From contig CAVXEP010000012.1 in NCBI GenBank assembly GCA_963760795.1, positions 1 through 64,000 on the forward strand: a DNA stretch of 64,000 nt, given 5' to 3'. Every line of letters begins with the position of its first letter. Within the stretch, counting starts at the first letter, position 1. The DNA comes from an uncultured delta proteobacterium. Its GTDB lineage: Bacteria; Desulfobacterota; Binatia; UBA9968. Below, one piece after another: positions 43,413 to 55,069 of the stretch. A model generated the notes under the pieces. That model saw nothing but the letters and a program-made list of their open reading frames with translations, did not search any database and had not been told where the DNA came from. A program made the position numbers and the translations under genes.

Positions 43413-44171
43413 CTAAAGTTGACTCAAAATATACGGACCGTTTTTAGTGATCGCTATCGAATGCTCGAAATGGGCGGCCAAGCTACCATCTTTGGTCACC
43501 GCCGTCCAACCGTCTTCTTTAATTTCGACTTCGTAACCGCCGATATTAACCATCGGCTCCACCGCCAGGACCATGCCTTCTTTTAAGCGCAGGCCACGAT
43601 CCTTTTCGCCGTAGTTCGGCACCGGCGGCTCCTCGTGGAGCTTCTTGCCGATGCCATGACCGACAAAGGCTCGGACGACGGAATAGCCTGCATCCTCAGC
43701 AACCTTTTGCACCGCCGCGCCGAGATCGCCCAATCGTTTGCCCTCATGGAGCTGCTCGATTCCAGCGTAGAGCGATGCCTCGGTCACGTCCAATAACTTT
43801 TGCGCCGCTGCGCTTACTTTGCCGACCGCCACGGTCATCGCTGAGTCGCCGTAGAATCCGTCATAGATGACCCCATAGTCGAGGCCGACAATATCGCCTT
43901 CGCGCAAAGGGCGGTTTGACGGGATGCCATGAACGATCTCGTCATTGACCGAAGCACACAGGCAGCGCGGATAAACCCGGCCGGCGACGTTATAACCCTT
44001 GAACGCCGGAATCGCCTTGCGGCTCAGCGTCATTTCTTCGGCAATGGCGTCCAAATCCAAAGTTGTGATGCCCGGCGCCACGCGCTTTTTCAGCTCCTGG
44101 AGAACCTCGGCAACGATCACATTCGCTCTTCTCATGATCTCGATTTCTCGAGCCGATTTGAGCGAAATCAC
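43413..44171 (-). CDS. map: Methionine aminopeptidase type I
   Basis: '[11 protein letters not shown]', 'GHGIG..LHEEP', 'AVEPMVN', 'AHFEHSI'. Confidence 0.97.
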   Translation of the reverse strand: MISLKSAREIEIMRRANVIVAEVLQELKKRVAPGITTLDLDAIAEEMTLSRKAIPAFKGYNVAGRVYPRCLCASVNDEIVHGIPSNRPLREGDIVGLDYGVIYDGFYGDSAMTVAVGKVSAAAQKLLDVTEASLYAGIEQLHEGKRLGDLGAAVQKVAEDAGYSVVRAFVGHGIGKKLHEEPPVPNYGEKDRGLRLKEGMVLAVEPMVNIGGYEVEIKEDGWTAVTKDGSLAAHFEHSIAITKNGPYILSQL

Positions 44172-44833
44172 GGCGCCATGCCTCCCAAGGCTTTCATGAC
44201 CCGGGCGCGGATTTCATCGATGCTGCCAACGCCGTCGATCTCCCGCAAAATACCCTGGCGACGATAATAATCGACCAGGGGCGCGGTCTGAGCATCGTAG
44301 ACGGCTAAACGGTTGGCGATGGTCTCTTCCTTATCATCTTCGCGCTGAAACAATTCGCCGCCGCAGTGGTCGCATACTCCATCTCGCTTCGGTGGGTCAA
44401 AGACCATATGACACAGCGCGCCGCACTTTTTGCAAGTCCGCCTTCCCGCCAGCCGTTCGATAATGACTGCTCTTGGCACCTGAACCGACAGGACACAGTT
44501 CAAGCTCAGCGCCAATTTCTTAAGCAGCGCATCTAGGCTTTCGGCCTGAGGTATCGTCCGGGGGAAACCGTCCAGCAGAAATCCCTGAGCGCAATCCACC
44601 TGCTGCAATCGTTCGGCGATGAGGTTTATAATCAAATCGTCGGGTACCAAAGCCCCGCGCTTGATATAATCCCCAGCTTGCTTCCCGAGCGGCGATTGGT
44701 CGGCTACGGCTTTGCGAAGGATGTCTCCGGTGGAGATCTGAACCGCGCCAAATTCCTGCTCAAGCAACTTTGCCTGGGTTCCCTTACCCGCCCCCGGAGG
44801 ACCCAGCAGAACCACACGTGCACTGGCAGCCAA
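44168..44833 (-). CDS. adk: Adenylate kinase (Zn-lid)
   Basis: 'GPPGAGKGTQA', 'LDGFPRT', CxxC lid. Confidence 0.97.
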   Translation of the reverse strand: MAASARVVLLGPPGAGKGTQAKLLEQEFGAVQISTGDILRKAVADQSPLGKQAGDYIKRGALVPDDLIINLIAERLQQVDCAQGFLLDGFPRTIPQAESLDALLKKLALSLNCVLSVQVPRAVIIERLAGRRTCKKCGALCHMVFDPPKRDGVCDHCGGELFQREDDKEETIANRLAVYDAQTAPLVDYYRRQGILREIDGVGSIDEIRARVMKALGGMAP

Positions 44834-44836
44834 GAT

Positions 44837-46147
44837 TTAGCCCTTTCTGCCGCGCAACCTACCACGCTTCATGAAGCCTTCATAGTTCCTGCTGATCAGA
44901 TGGGTTTCCATCTGCGCCACCGTGTCCAGGCCGACGCCGACCACGATCAACAGCGCGGTTCCGCCAAAATAAAAAGGCACATTGAATTGCCGCACCAACA
45001 AGGATGGCAATAACGCGATCAAGCAGAGATAAACCGCCCCGCTCAAGGTTATGCGCGACAACACCTTTTCAATGAACTCAGCGGTTTTCTGTCCCGGTCT
45101 AATGCCTGGAATGTAGCCGCCAGCCTTTTTCATGTTCTCGGCCACGTCACTGGGATTAAACACCACCGCCGTGTAGAAAAATGCGAAAAAGATAATCAGC
45201 GCGATCTGAGCAATCTCATAGAGCCATTGACCCGGCGCCAGCATACCGGAAATTGTTTGAATCCAAGGATGCGCCGCGAATTGCGCCATGGTCGCCGGGA
45301 AAATTAACACCGATGAAGCGAAGATGATCGGAATCACGTTCGCGGTATTTACTTTTAGCGGCAAGTGCGAGGTCATGCCGCCGTACATACGCCGGCCAAC
45401 TACTCGTTTGGCGTATTGTACCGGGATGCGCCGTTGGCCGCGTTCGACGAAAATAATCGCGCCGATGATCGCGACACTGAGAACCAATATCACCAAAGCG
45501 ACCAAGGGTCCGAGCTCGCCATTGCGCATGAATTCAAAAGTCGACCAAATCGCCGAAGGCAGACGGGCGACAATTCCGGCGAAGATGATCAGCGACATGC
45601 CATTGCCGATGCCCCGTTCAGTGATCTGCTCGCCCAGCCACATGATAAACGCCGTGCCAGACGTGAGCGTCACCACAGTCATGAAACGGAAGGCAACACC
45701 GGGGTTGAGCACCAGCGGCGTGCCGCCCGGTCCCTGCGTGCCTTCCAGGCCGATGGCGATCATCGTGCCTTGGACGATGGACAGCAACACCGTGCCATAT
45801 CGGGTGTATTGTGTAATCTTGCGCCGGCCGACTTCGCCTTCCTTGGAGAGCCTTTCCAGATAGGGGAAAACCACCGTCAGTAACTGCAAAATGATCGACG
45901 CACTGATGTAGGGCATGATGCCCAGCGAAAAAACTGAAAACTGTTCCAACGCGCCGCCCGAGAACAGATTGAGAAAGCCGAATAGAGTATTTTTCTGTTG
46001 ATCGAAAAACGCCGCCATGGCTGCTCTATCGATACCCGGTGTCGGCACGTGGACACCGAGGCGATACACCGCTAGCATCCCCAGGGCGAAAATCACCCGG
46101 CGGCGCAGCTCCGGCACCCGCGATGCGTTTTGGAATCCGCTAAGCAT
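44837..46147 (-). CDS. secY: Preprotein translocase SecY
   Basis: '[12 protein letters not shown]', '[14 protein letters not shown]', 'IPGIRPG', '[12 protein letters not shown]'. Confidence 0.98.
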   Translation of the reverse strand: MLSGFQNASRVPELRRRVIFALGMLAVYRLGVHVPTPGIDRAAMAAFFDQQKNTLFGFLNLFSGGALEQFSVFSLGIMPYISASIILQLLTVVFPYLERLSKEGEVGRRKITQYTRYGTVLLSIVQGTMIAIGLEGTQGPGGTPLVLNPGVAFRFMTVVTLTSGTAFIMWLGEQITERGIGNGMSLIIFAGIVARLPSAIWSTFEFMRNGELGPLVALVILVLSVAIIGAIIFVERGQRRIPVQYAKRVVGRRMYGGMTSHLPLKVNTANVIPIIFASSVLIFPATMAQFAAHPWIQTISGMLAPGQWLYEIAQIALIIFFAFFYTAVVFNPSDVAENMKKAGGYIPGIRPGQKTAEFIEKVLSRITLSGAVYLCLIALLPSLLVRQFNVPFYFGGTALLIVVGVGLDTVAQMETHLISRNYEGFMKRGRLRGRKG

Positions 46148-46593
46148 GAACGTTCGATTAACTCCGCTTTGCCGCCGGCCGCTTCGATCTTTTGTCTTGC
46201 GCTGGCGGAAAAGCCATGGGCGCGAATCGTCACCGCTTTGGTCAAGTTGCCCTCGCCCAAGACTTTGACTTGGCGATTCTTACCGCTAATCAAGCCGTGT
46301 TGGGACATGGTGTCAGGAGCGATGTCGCCAGCGCTGGCGAGCAGGTCCAATTGAGTTAGATTGACTACCGCCATTTCGATGCGAAAGATGTTGTGAAAAC
46401 CGCGTTTGGGCAAGCGCCGTTGCAGCGGCATCTGGCCGCCTTCAAAACCGGGCTTAGTATTGCCACCGGAACGCGAGCCCTGTCCCTTATGACCGCGGCC
46501 CGAAGTCTTCCCATGGCCTGAGCCGGGACCCCGGCCGACCCGTTTGCGATTTTTGCTCGAACCGGGTGCCGGTTTCAAATCATCGAGTTTCAT
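46093..46593 (-). CDS. rplO: 50S ribosomal protein L15 (true end probably ~46150)
   Basis: '[21 protein letters not shown]', '[17 protein letters not shown]'. Confidence 0.96.
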   Translation of the reverse strand: MKLDDLKPAPGSSKNRKRVGRGPGSGHGKTSGRGHKGQGSRSGGNTKPGFEGGQMPLQRRLPKRGFHNIFRIEMAVVNLTQLDLLASAGDIAPDTMSQHGLISGKNRQVKVLGEGNLTKAVTIRAHGFSASARQKIEAAGGKAELIERSCLADSKTHRGCRSCAAG

Positions 46594-46595
46594 AA

Positions 46596-47093
46596 TTAGC
46601 GAATCTCCGCCAAGGTTTTGCCGCGCCGGTCGGCGATTTCTTCCGGCTGGCGCAAGTCGCGCAGCGCTTCGAATGTCGCTTTGACCATGTTATGCGGATT
46701 GTTCGAACCGAGACATTTGGTCAAGACATTTTGGATGCCGGAGGCTTCCACCACCGCGCGCACGCCGCCGCCGGCGATCACGCCGGTGCCGCCTGAGGCG
46801 GGTTTAAGAATCACATGGCCGGCGCCGTAATGTCCTACCACTTCGTAGGGAATCGTCCCGTCCATGATCGGCACGCGAATCAAATTCTTTTTCGCCTGCT
46901 CTAAACCTTTGCGAATCGCTTCCGGGACTTCCTTGGCCTTGCCCATGCCGTAGCCAACCACCGAGTGGCTATCGCCGGTCACCACTAAGGCGCTAAAACT
47001 AAAGCGCCGGCCGCCTTTAACGACCTTGGCCACCCGGCTGATGTGAACCACTTTTTCTTTCAATTCTAAACCTTGGGGATCGATCCGTTCCAA
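46596..47093 (-). CDS. rpsE: 30S ribosomal protein S5
   Basis: '[19 protein letters not shown]'. Confidence 0.98.
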   Translation of the reverse strand: MERIDPQGLELKEKVVHISRVAKVVKGGRRFSFSALVVTGDSHSVVGYGMGKAKEVPEAIRKGLEQAKKNLIRVPIMDGTIPYEVVGHYGAGHVILKPASGGTGVIAGGGVRAVVEASGIQNVLTKCLGSNNPHNMVKATFEALRDLRQPEEIADRRGKTLAEIR

Positions 47094-47117
47094 AGCGACC
47101 TCTCGTTCAATTGCCGG

Positions 47118-47483
47118 TTAAAAGTCTAAGCCGCCTTCGCGAGCGCCATCCGCCACAGCCTTCACCCGGCCATGGTAGATAAACCCGTTGCGGTCGAAAA
47201 CCACGCTGGTAATATTTTTTTCCTTACAGACTTTGGCCAAGGCAACGCCGACTTGCTTAGCCGCATCGACACCGTTGTGCTTTTTTATCTGCTCGGCCAA
47301 TTCTTCGGACAGCGTGGACACCGCCGCCAAGGTTTTCCCTTGGCTATCCGAAATGACCTGCGCGTAAATATGCTTATTGCTACGAAATACACAAACTCGC
47401 GGGCGGAGATCCGTGCCGCGAACCTTTTTACGTACTCGAACTTTTCGCCGCTGCCGGCCGATATCTAGTCGCTTGCTCGACAT
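47118..47483 (-). CDS. rplR: 50S ribosomal protein L18
   Basis: '[11 protein letters not shown]', '[13 protein letters not shown]'. Confidence 0.97.
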   Translation of the reverse strand: MSSKRLDIGRQRRKVRVRKKVRGTDLRPRVCVFRSNKHIYAQVISDSQGKTLAAVSTLSEELAEQIKKHNGVDAAKQVGVALAKVCKEKNITSVVFDRNGFIYHGRVKAVADGAREGGLDF

Positions 47484-47500
47484 CTCAAATCCTCGGTAGC

Positions 47501-48052
<552 letters not shown>

Positions 48053-48070
48053 ATTACACCTCGATCAGTC

Positions 48071-48475
48071 CTACCAAACAGTACAGATCAATTCACCGCC
48101 AACCTTGGCGCGCATCGCTTCACGATCGACCAAGATACCCTTGGGCGTCGAGAGCACATGGATACCCAATCCTTTGCGGATCGGCGTCGCCTCTTGGGAG
48201 CCGACATAGACCCGCCGACCGGGCTTGCTGACCCGCTTCATGCCGAGGATGATGGGCCGGCTTTCCCGGTCGAACTTCAGCGTGATGATCATCTCATCGC
48301 CGCCACCGATGGCGGCTTTGACCTTTTTTTGGTCCTTGAGATAGCCTTCATCGATCAAGACCTTGACGATGTTTTCTTTTAGATGCGAATAGGGCACCGT
48401 CACTTTTTGATGGCGCGCCCGTGAAGCGTTGCGAATCCGTGTAAGTAAATCCGCGATCGGATCGGTCATTCCCAT
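48071..48475 (-). CDS. rpsH: 30S ribosomal protein S8
   Basis: 'DPIADLLTRIRNA', 'SKPGRRVY'. Confidence 0.98.
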   Translation of the reverse strand: MGMTDPIADLLTRIRNASRARHQKVTVPYSHLKENIVKVLIDEGYLKDQKKVKAAIGGGDEMIITLKFDRESRPIILGMKRVSKPGRRVYVGSQEATPIRKGLGIHVLSTPKGILVDREAMRAKVGGELICTVW

Positions 48476-48490
48476 ATTAAACTCCAGCCT

Positions 48491-48676
48491 CTACCAACTG
48501 GCCTTGATCAGTCCGGGGATATTTCCCTTACGCGCGTTATCGCGCAGACATAACCGGCACATGCGGAAACGGCGATAAAATGCCCGTGAACGACCGCAGA
48601 GCGGACAGCGGTTGTATTCCCGCACTTTGAACTTGTTCGGTCGTTCGGCTTTGATTCTTAGACAAGTCTTGGCCAA
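48491..48676 (-). CDS. rpsN: 30S ribosomal protein S14 (Zn-binding type Z)
   Basis: 61 aa, 'RCPLCGR...MCRLCLR...PGLIKASW'. Confidence 0.96.
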   Translation of the reverse strand: MAKTCLRIKAERPNKFKVREYNRCPLCGRSRAFYRRFRMCRLCLRDNARKGNIPGLIKASW

Positions 48677-48693
48677 TGGAATTTCCCCCTAAA

Positions 48694-49233
<540 letters not shown>

Positions 49234-49265
49234 GGTTACTTCAATCGCCCCACTGGTCTAGCGAA

Positions 49266-49577
49266 CTAATCGAGCGCTTCGTTGCAACGGCGGCAGATGC
49301 GGATTTTTTTGCCGTCGGTGAGTTCCTTATGGCCGATGCGCACCGGCGCGTTGCACTTGTCGCACATCATCATGACGTTGGACACGTTGATCGCTGCTTC
49401 TTTCTCGACGATACCGCCGCTCTGCTGCGGTCCGCGTGGCTTGGTGTGCCGTTTGACGATACTGATCCTCTCAATGATGACTGCGTTTTTCTCCGGCAGC
49501 ACGCGCAGGACTTTGCCGGTCTTACCCCGTTCCTTGCCGGCAATCACCATCACGCTGTCGTTTTTACGAATCTCCAC
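49266..49577 (-). CDS. rplX: 50S ribosomal protein L24
   Basis: KOW 'VIAGKERGKTG', 'GGIVEKEA.I.VSNV'. Confidence 0.97.
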   Translation of the reverse strand: MEIRKNDSVMVIAGKERGKTGKVLRVLPEKNAVIIERISIVKRHTKPRGPQQSGGIVEKEAAINVSNVMMMCDKCNAPVRIGHKELTDGKKIRICRRCNEALD

Positions 49578-49601
49578 GAGCGATTTCTCCTCAATCTCCG
49601 G

Positions 49602-49970
49602 CTAAAGCACTTCAGGCGCCAGAGAAATGATCTTCATGAATTTCTTGGCGCGTAGTTCTCGCGCCACCGGTCCGAAGATACGCGTCCCCACCGGCTCTTT
49701 TTGATTGTCGATCAACACTGCGGAGTTCGTGTCGAAGCGGATGTAGGTTCCATCCGGTCGCCCCAGCTCCTTGGCGGTCCGCACCACCACGGCCTTCACG
49801 ACGTCGCCCTTTTTCACCTTGCCGTTGGGAATCGCTTCCTGCACCGCGACCACGATAATATCACCGACGGAGGCATAGCGACGCTTGCTGCCACCCAAGA
49901 CTTTGATGCACTGGACTCGGCGTGCGCCCGAATTGTCCGCCACATCCAGGTTAGAATTGGTCTGAATCAT
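49602..49970 (-). CDS. rplN: 50S ribosomal protein L14
   Basis: 'VADNSGA', '[13 protein letters not shown]'. Confidence 0.98.
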   Translation of the reverse strand: MIQTNSNLDVADNSGARRVQCIKVLGGSKRRYASVGDIIVVAVQEAIPNGKVKKGDVVKAVVVRTAKELGRPDGTYIRFDTNSAVLIDNQKEPVGTRIFGPVARELRAKKFMKIISLAPEVL

Positions 49971-50004
49971 AGATCAGTCTCGACTCACTTTCATCGCCCA
50001 AACC

Positions 50005-50286
50005 TTAGCCGATGGCTATTTCGGGCCCCGATTTGGTCTTTTCCAAAACCTTGCTTACGCGCCAGCGTTTGTCGCGACTGAGCGGACGGCATTCAACCAG
50101 CAACACCCGGTCGCCGACATGGCACTGATTGGTTTCGTCGTGAGCTTTCACTCGTGAACGACGGCGTAAGATTTTTTTGTAACGCGGGTGAATCACCGCG
50201 CGTTCGATGGAGACCACGACGGTCTTTGCCATTTTATCGCTGACCACCACACCGCTACGCTCTTTTTGTAATCCTCTGCCTTCCAT
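50005..50286 (-). CDS. rpsQ: 30S ribosomal protein S17
   Basis: 'GVVVSDKMAKT', 'ECRPLSRDKRW'. Confidence 0.97.
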   Translation of the reverse strand: MEGRGLQKERSGVVVSDKMAKTVVVSIERAVIHPRYKKILRRRSRVKAHDETNQCHVGDRVLLVECRPLSRDKRWRVSKVLEKTKSGPEIAIG

Positions 50287-50288
50287 GC

Positions 50289-50492
50289 TCAGCCTTCCTG
50301 ACTCTGGAGCGCTTTTTCGCGCAAAATGGTTGCGACCCGGGCGAGATCCCGTTTGGTTTCTTTAAGCTTCATGGGATTCTCCAACCGGCTGGTCGCCCGC
50401 TTAAGCGCCAAATGGCCGATTTCTTCGCGCAAGGTCGCCAGCTTTTCTTGCAAATCTGCGGCGCTCATACCGCGAAGTTCTTTAGCTTCCAT
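50289..50492 (-). CDS. rpmC: 50S ribosomal protein L29
   Basis: Position, size and '[16 protein letters not shown]'. Confidence 0.94.
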   Translation of the reverse strand: MEAKELRGMSAADLQEKLATLREEIGHLALKRATSRLENPMKLKETKRDLARVATILREKALQSQEG

Positions 50493-50907
50493 GCACTAAT
50501 CCTCTGCGTTCGACCATTGTGGTGGCAATCGACAGCTTATGCGCCGCCAAACGAAATGCTTCCTTGGCGAGCACGGCTTCGACCCCTTCCATCTCGAATA
50601 GGATCCGTCCCGGTTGGACCACGGCGACCCATTTCTCGGTCGCGCCCTTACCTTTGCCCATGCGGGTTTCCAGGGGTTTCTTGGTCAATGGTTTGTCTGG
50701 GAAGATGCGAATCCAAACCTTGCCACCGCGTTTCAAATAACGCGTCAATGCGACACGAGCCGCTTCGATTTCCCGCGCGCTCATCCATCCTCGCCCCAGC
50801 GCCTTCAGCCCATAATCGCCGAATGCGAGTGTGGAACCTCGGTGCGCCGTGCCACGGCGGCGGCCCTTTTGCAGTTTACGAAACTTTACTTTTTTCGGTT
50901 CAAGCAT
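50482..50907 (-). CDS. rplP: 50S ribosomal protein L16
   Basis: 'WIRIFPDKP', 'RMGKGKG'. Confidence 0.98.
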   Translation of the reverse strand: MLEPKKVKFRKLQKGRRRGTAHRGSTLAFGDYGLKALGRGWMSAREIEAARVALTRYLKRGGKVWIRIFPDKPLTKKPLETRMGKGKGATEKWVAVVQPGRILFEMEGVEAVLAKEAFRLAAHKLSIATTMVERRGLVHGS

Positions 50908-50960
50908 TTTCTTAGTCGAGTTAAATTATTTATTCTAGCGCAACCAATCGATCCGCTGAA

Positions 50961-51623
50961 TCAACCGCCCATCATCGCTTTCTGCTGCTCTTCTTCCGCG
51001 GTCAATACCTCACCACGGAAGATCCAAACCTTGACGCCGATAATGCCGTAAGTCGTATGCGCTTCGGCAGTGCCATAGTTGACGTCGGCGCGCAGGGTAT
51101 GCAGCGGCACACGGCCTTCGCGATACCATTCCGTACGGGCGATTTCAGAACCGCCCAAGCGGCCGGCGCACTGAATTCTTACGCCCTGGGCGCCCATGCG
51201 CAAAGCCCGTGAGACACTTTCCTTCATGGCGCGCCGGAAGGCGACGCGACGCTCGAGCTGCAAAGCGACATTTTCCGAAGTCAATTGCGCGTCCAAGTCC
51301 GGCCGGCGCACTTCGTGAATGTTGATATAGGTCTCACGATGGGTGAGCTTGGTAATTTCTTCCTTGAGCTTTTCGATCTCGGCGCCCTTTTTACCGATGA
51401 CGATACCGGGACGCGCCGTGTGAATGTTGATCTTAGCCTTGTTCGCCGCCCGTTCTATTTCGATGCGCGAAATGCCGGCATGATAGAGCCGGGTTTTTAA
51501 AAATTTCTTGATCCGGAAATCTTCGTGTAAGAGCTTGGGATAGTCATGGCGGGCAAACCATTTGGAGTCCCAGGTCTCAATGACGCCTAGGCGAAACAAT
51601 TTCGGATGTGTTTTTTGACCCAT
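50961..51623 (-). CDS. rpsC: 30S ribosomal protein S3
   Basis: 'MGQKTHP', '[10 protein letters not shown]', '[10 protein letters not shown]'. Confidence 0.98.
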   Translation of the reverse strand: MGQKTHPKLFRLGVIETWDSKWFARHDYPKLLHEDFRIKKFLKTRLYHAGISRIEIERAANKAKINIHTARPGIVIGKKGAEIEKLKEEITKLTHRETYINIHEVRRPDLDAQLTSENVALQLERRVAFRRAMKESVSRALRMGAQGVRIQCAGRLGGSEIARTEWYREGRVPLHTLRADVNYGTAEAHTTYGIIGVKVWIFRGEVLTAEEEQQKAMMGG

Positions 51624-51629
51624 CGAAAG

Positions 51630-51974
51630 TTAACTCCTCCCCTCGGACTCATCGAGGATGATCGTCACATGGCTTAGCCGCTTACGAACACGCGTCGCAC
51701 GTCCTTGAGCACGTGAGGTAAAACGCTTCCACATGCCAGCCTCATCGACTTTCGCTTGCTTGACGAACAACCGGTCGACATCGACGCTCTGGGTGTTTTC
51801 CGCGTTGGCCACCGCCGTCCGCACGGTTTTGGCGACGATCCCGGCGGAGCGCTTGGGAATAAACTTGAGAATATTGAGCGCTTCCTCGACACCCTTGCCG
51901 CGAATTTGGTCTACCACCAAACGCACCTTGCGCGGTGAGACCCGGATAAATTTTGTGATCGCGCGTGTTTCCAT
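51630..51974 (-). CDS. rplV: 50S ribosomal protein L22
   Basis: 'RVSPRKVRLVVDQIRG', 'RAQGRA'. Confidence 0.97.
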   Translation of the reverse strand: METRAITKFIRVSPRKVRLVVDQIRGKGVEEALNILKFIPKRSAGIVAKTVRTAVANAENTQSVDVDRLFVKQAKVDEAGMWKRFTSRAQGRATRVRKRLSHVTIILDESEGRS

Positions 51975-52011
51975 GACTTCGTCAATCGTTCCTAATCGGT
52001 TATGGCTTGCC

Positions 52012-52329
52012 TTAACTCTTTGCCGGTGCGGCCCGCGGCGCACCACCGGTGTCCTTAGCATCACTCTTGCGATCCCCTGAATGCGCGTAGAATGTGCGCG
52101 TCGGCGAGAATTCACCGAGTTTGTGGCCGACCATATTTTCACTGACAAACACCGGAATGAACTTCCGGCCGTTGTGCACGCCGATGGTGAGACCGACCAT
52201 CTCCGGCGTCACCGTCGAACGGCGCGACCAGGTACGAATCACCTGGCGACCGCGGGTCTCCGCCATCGCCGTGACCTTCTTCTGCAAATGGTCGTCGATG
52301 AAAGGTCCTTTTTTAACCGAACGGGCCAT
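52012..52329 (-). CDS. rpsS: 30S ribosomal protein S19
   Basis: '[10 protein letters not shown]', '[13 protein letters not shown]'. Confidence 0.98.
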   Translation of the reverse strand: MARSVKKGPFIDDHLQKKVTAMAETRGRQVIRTWSRRSTVTPEMVGLTIGVHNGRKFIPVFVSENMVGHKLGEFSPTRTFYAHSGDRKSDAKDTGGAPRAAPAKS

Positions 52330-52331
52330 CT

Positions 52332-53159
52332 CTACCTACCTTTTCTCCGTGCCACGATATACTTATCGGTGGATTGATTTTTCCGCGTCTTATAACCCTT
52401 GGTCGGTTTTCCCCAAGGCGTCATAGGATGATTACCCTTGGACCGGCCTTCGCCGCCGCCATGGGGATGATCGACGGGGTTTTTCGCGATACCACGGCTT
52501 CCCGGTAGAAAGCCCAACCAGCGCATCCGGCCCGCCTTACCCCAGGAAACATTTTCCTGTTCGGCATTGCCAACTTGTCCCACCGTCGCGCGGCATTCGG
52601 CCAACACGTAGCGTAACTCGCCGGAAGGCAGCTTGAGCAGAGCATAAGTGCCTTCCTTGGCCATCAGCTGCGCGCCCAAACCGGCGCTGCGCACCAGCTG
52701 GCCGCCCTTGCCGATTTTAAGTTCAATATTATGGAGCAGCGTGCCCACCGGAATGAACTTAAGCGGCATAGAGTTGCCAGGTTGGATATCGATGTTGTCA
52801 TCGCCAGCAATCACCGTGGAACCGACCTGGAGCTTTTCCGGCGCTAGGATATAGCGCCGCTCGCCGTCAGCGTAGCAGAGTAGAGCGATACGCGCGGAAC
52901 GATTGGGATCATATTCAATGGCCTCGACCTTTGCCGGGACTTTGAGCTTGTTGCGTTTGAAATCGATCAAACGATAAAGCCGCTTATGACCGCCACCGCG
53001 ATGAAATGCGGTTATCCGGCCGGTATTGTTGCGCCCACCGCTATGGTTGTTGGGTTCCACTAATGCTTTTTCCGGCCGTGCCTTGGTCACCTCATCGAAG
53101 GTGTGGCCGGTGCGAAAACGCATGCCCGCGGATGTTGGCCGGTAAGTTCTAATCGCCAT
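52332..53159 (-). CDS. rplB: 50S ribosomal protein L2
   Basis: '[13 protein letters not shown]', '[12 protein letters not shown]'. Confidence 0.98.
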   Translation of the reverse strand: MAIRTYRPTSAGMRFRTGHTFDEVTKARPEKALVEPNNHSGGRNNTGRITAFHRGGGHKRLYRLIDFKRNKLKVPAKVEAIEYDPNRSARIALLCYADGERRYILAPEKLQVGSTVIAGDDNIDIQPGNSMPLKFIPVGTLLHNIELKIGKGGQLVRSAGLGAQLMAKEGTYALLKLPSGELRYVLAECRATVGQVGNAEQENVSWGKAGRMRWLGFLPGSRGIAKNPVDHPHGGGEGRSKGNHPMTPWGKPTKGYKTRKNQSTDKYIVARRKGR

Positions 53160-53191
53160 GTTATTATTCTCTAATCCCTAATGCTGACACT

Positions 53192-53482
53192 TTAGGCGGC
53201 GCCAAAAAAATCGATTTTGTCGCCTTCCTTGAGAGTTACGTAAGCTTTTTTCCAATCCGGTCGGCGTCCCTGGCTACGGCCGATGCGACGCACCTTGCCA
53301 AGATAACGGGCCATGCGCACTTGCTCGACTTTGACTTTGAACATCTGCTCCACGGCCTGCTTGACCTCGATCTTGTTGGCATTGGTGCGAACCTTGAACA
53401 ATACCTGATTTGCGCTTTCCGTCAGTGCCGTGCCCTTTTCAGAGATCAGCGGCGCTTTGATGATTTCATGTGGCGCCTTCAT
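53192..53482 (-). CDS. rplW: 50S ribosomal protein L23
   Basis: 'PLISEK', 'WKKAYVTL'. Confidence 0.97.
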   Translation of the reverse strand: MKAPHEIIKAPLISEKGTALTESANQVLFKVRTNANKIEVKQAVEQMFKVKVEQVRMARYLGKVRRIGRSQGRRPDWKKAYVTLKEGDKIDFFGAA

Positions 53483-54075
53483 GCCGCCAACCTTTCTTGC
53501 AAAAGTTTGAGCGCTCCATCGGTCAAAATCAGGTGCTCATAGCGCATCAAATCGTAAACATTCAAGCCCTCGACACGGAGCACTTTGATCTTAGGTATGT
53601 TGCGTGCCGACCGTTCGATCTTTTCATCCGGTTGCGCCACGACGATCACCGCGCTGGCAACCTTTAGTTCGGCCAATGCCTGCACCATGATTTTGGTCTT
53701 GGCCGCTTCGAGCTCAAACTTATCGACGACGATGAGCTTGCCTTCGCGATTCTTGAGACTCAAGGCCGACAACAGCGCTTCGCGCCGCGCCGAACGGGGC
53801 ATACGATATGAGTAATCACGCGGTGTCGGGCCGAACGCGGTGCCGCCACCAACCCAGATCGGTGACCGGGAACTACCGGCACGGGCGCGGCCCGTACCCT
53901 TTTGCCGCCAAGGCTTTTTACCGCCGCCGCGGACAAGTCCTTTGGTCTTAGTCGCAGCCGAACCGGCGCGCCGATTGGCCAACTGCATGACCACGGTTTG
54001 GTGCAGCAGATGGGGGCGGGTTTTGGCGCCGAAAATCGCGTCGTTGAGGGTTGGTTGGATAACGTGGACTTCCAT
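53479..54075 (-). CDS. rplD: 50S ribosomal protein L4
   Basis: 'GGGKKPWRQKGTGRARAGS'. Confidence 0.97.
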   Translation of the reverse strand: MEVHVIQPTLNDAIFGAKTRPHLLHQTVVMQLANRRAGSAATKTKGLVRGGGKKPWRQKGTGRARAGSSRSPIWVGGGTAFGPTPRDYSYRMPRSARREALLSALSLKNREGKLIVVDKFELEAAKTKIMVQALAELKVASAVIVVAQPDEKIERSARNIPKIKVLRVEGLNVYDLMRYEHLILTDGALKLLQERLAA

Positions 54076-54080
54076 TTTAA

Positions 54081-54713
54081 TTACCTTTTGACCGCCGGCC
54101 GCAAGATCACCACTCCCTGTTTCGCGCCGGGAACTGCGCCGCGCACGAACATTAAATTTTCCTCGGCACGGATATCGACGACCAAGAGATTCTGTGTGGC
54201 GATCTGCTCATTACCCCAATGGCCAGCCATCTTTTTGCCCTTGCGAACCCGGCCCGGATAAGAACGGTTACCGATGGAGCCGCCATGACGAAAGTACTCG
54301 TGGGTACCATGGGAACCTGGGAAACCGGCAAAGGACCAACGCTTGATGACGCCGGTGAAACCATGCCCCTTAGAGATACCCGCGACATCGATCAGATCGC
54401 CAATTTTGAATAGATCGGCGGCCTTAATTTCCTGCCCGACTTCATAGCCGGAAACATCGTCAAGACGAAATTCGCGCAACACCTCAAAGGCCCCTTTGCC
54501 AGCCTTCGCCATATGGCCTTGCTCGGCTTTGTTGACCCGTTGGGCCTTCTTGCTGCCAAAGCCAACCTGCAACGCGGTGTATCCATCCTTGGACGGCTCT
54601 TTCTTTTGGACGACAATGCAGGGTCCGGTCTCCACAACAGTCACAGGAACTACGTTGCCCTCGGCACTGTAGAACTGCGTCATACCAATTTTTCTGCCAA
54701 TTAGCCCAGTCAT
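54081..54713 (-). CDS. rplC: 50S ribosomal protein L3
   Basis: 'GRKIGMTQ', 'SKGHGF.GVIKRW', 'KMAGHWG'. Confidence 0.98.
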   Translation of the reverse strand: MTGLIGRKIGMTQFYSAEGNVVPVTVVETGPCIVVQKKEPSKDGYTALQVGFGSKKAQRVNKAEQGHMAKAGKGAFEVLREFRLDDVSGYEVGQEIKAADLFKIGDLIDVAGISKGHGFTGVIKRWSFAGFPGSHGTHEYFRHGGSIGNRSYPGRVRKGKKMAGHWGNEQIATQNLLVVDIRAEENLMFVRGAVPGAKQGVVILRPAVKR

Positions 54714-54760
54714 GATCTCATTCCCATCGGCTCTCGTTTAGTGCGACTCTTGTCAGTTGG

Positions 54761-55069
54761 TTACTGGAGCTTGATCTCCACATCCACACCCGCGGCGATA
54801 TCGAGTTTACCTAACGCGTCGATGGTTTGTTGGGTCGGTTCGAGGATATCGAGCAAGCGTTTGTGCGTACGGATTTCGTACTGATCTCGTGATTTCTTGT
54901 CGACATGAGGCGATCGGTTAACCGTGAACCGCTCAATCCGCGTGGGTAGCGGAATCGGTCCCGCGACCCGGCCGCCGGTGCGCCGCACGGTTTCGACAAT
55001 CTCACCCACCGATTGATCCAACACGCGGTGGTCATAGGCCTTCAGCCGAATCCTAATTTTCTCGTTCAT
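54761..55069 (-). CDS. rpsJ: 30S ribosomal protein S10
   Basis: '[10 protein letters not shown]', 'GPIPLPT', 'RTHKRL'. Confidence 0.98.
   Translation of the reverse strand: MNEKIRIRLKAYDHRVLDQSVGEIVETVRRTGGRVAGPIPLPTRIERFTVNRSPHVDKKSRDQYEIRTHKRLLDILEPTQQTIDALGKLDIAAGVDVEIKLQ

Noticed and set aside
46093-46160. Long rplO/secY overlap
   Set aside because: The L15 homology ends near 46155; the extension is probably a missed stop caused by an indel.
54040-54075. Unusually short L4 N-terminus
   Set aside because: A small assembly deletion cannot be told apart from natural variation, and the core motifs are intact.
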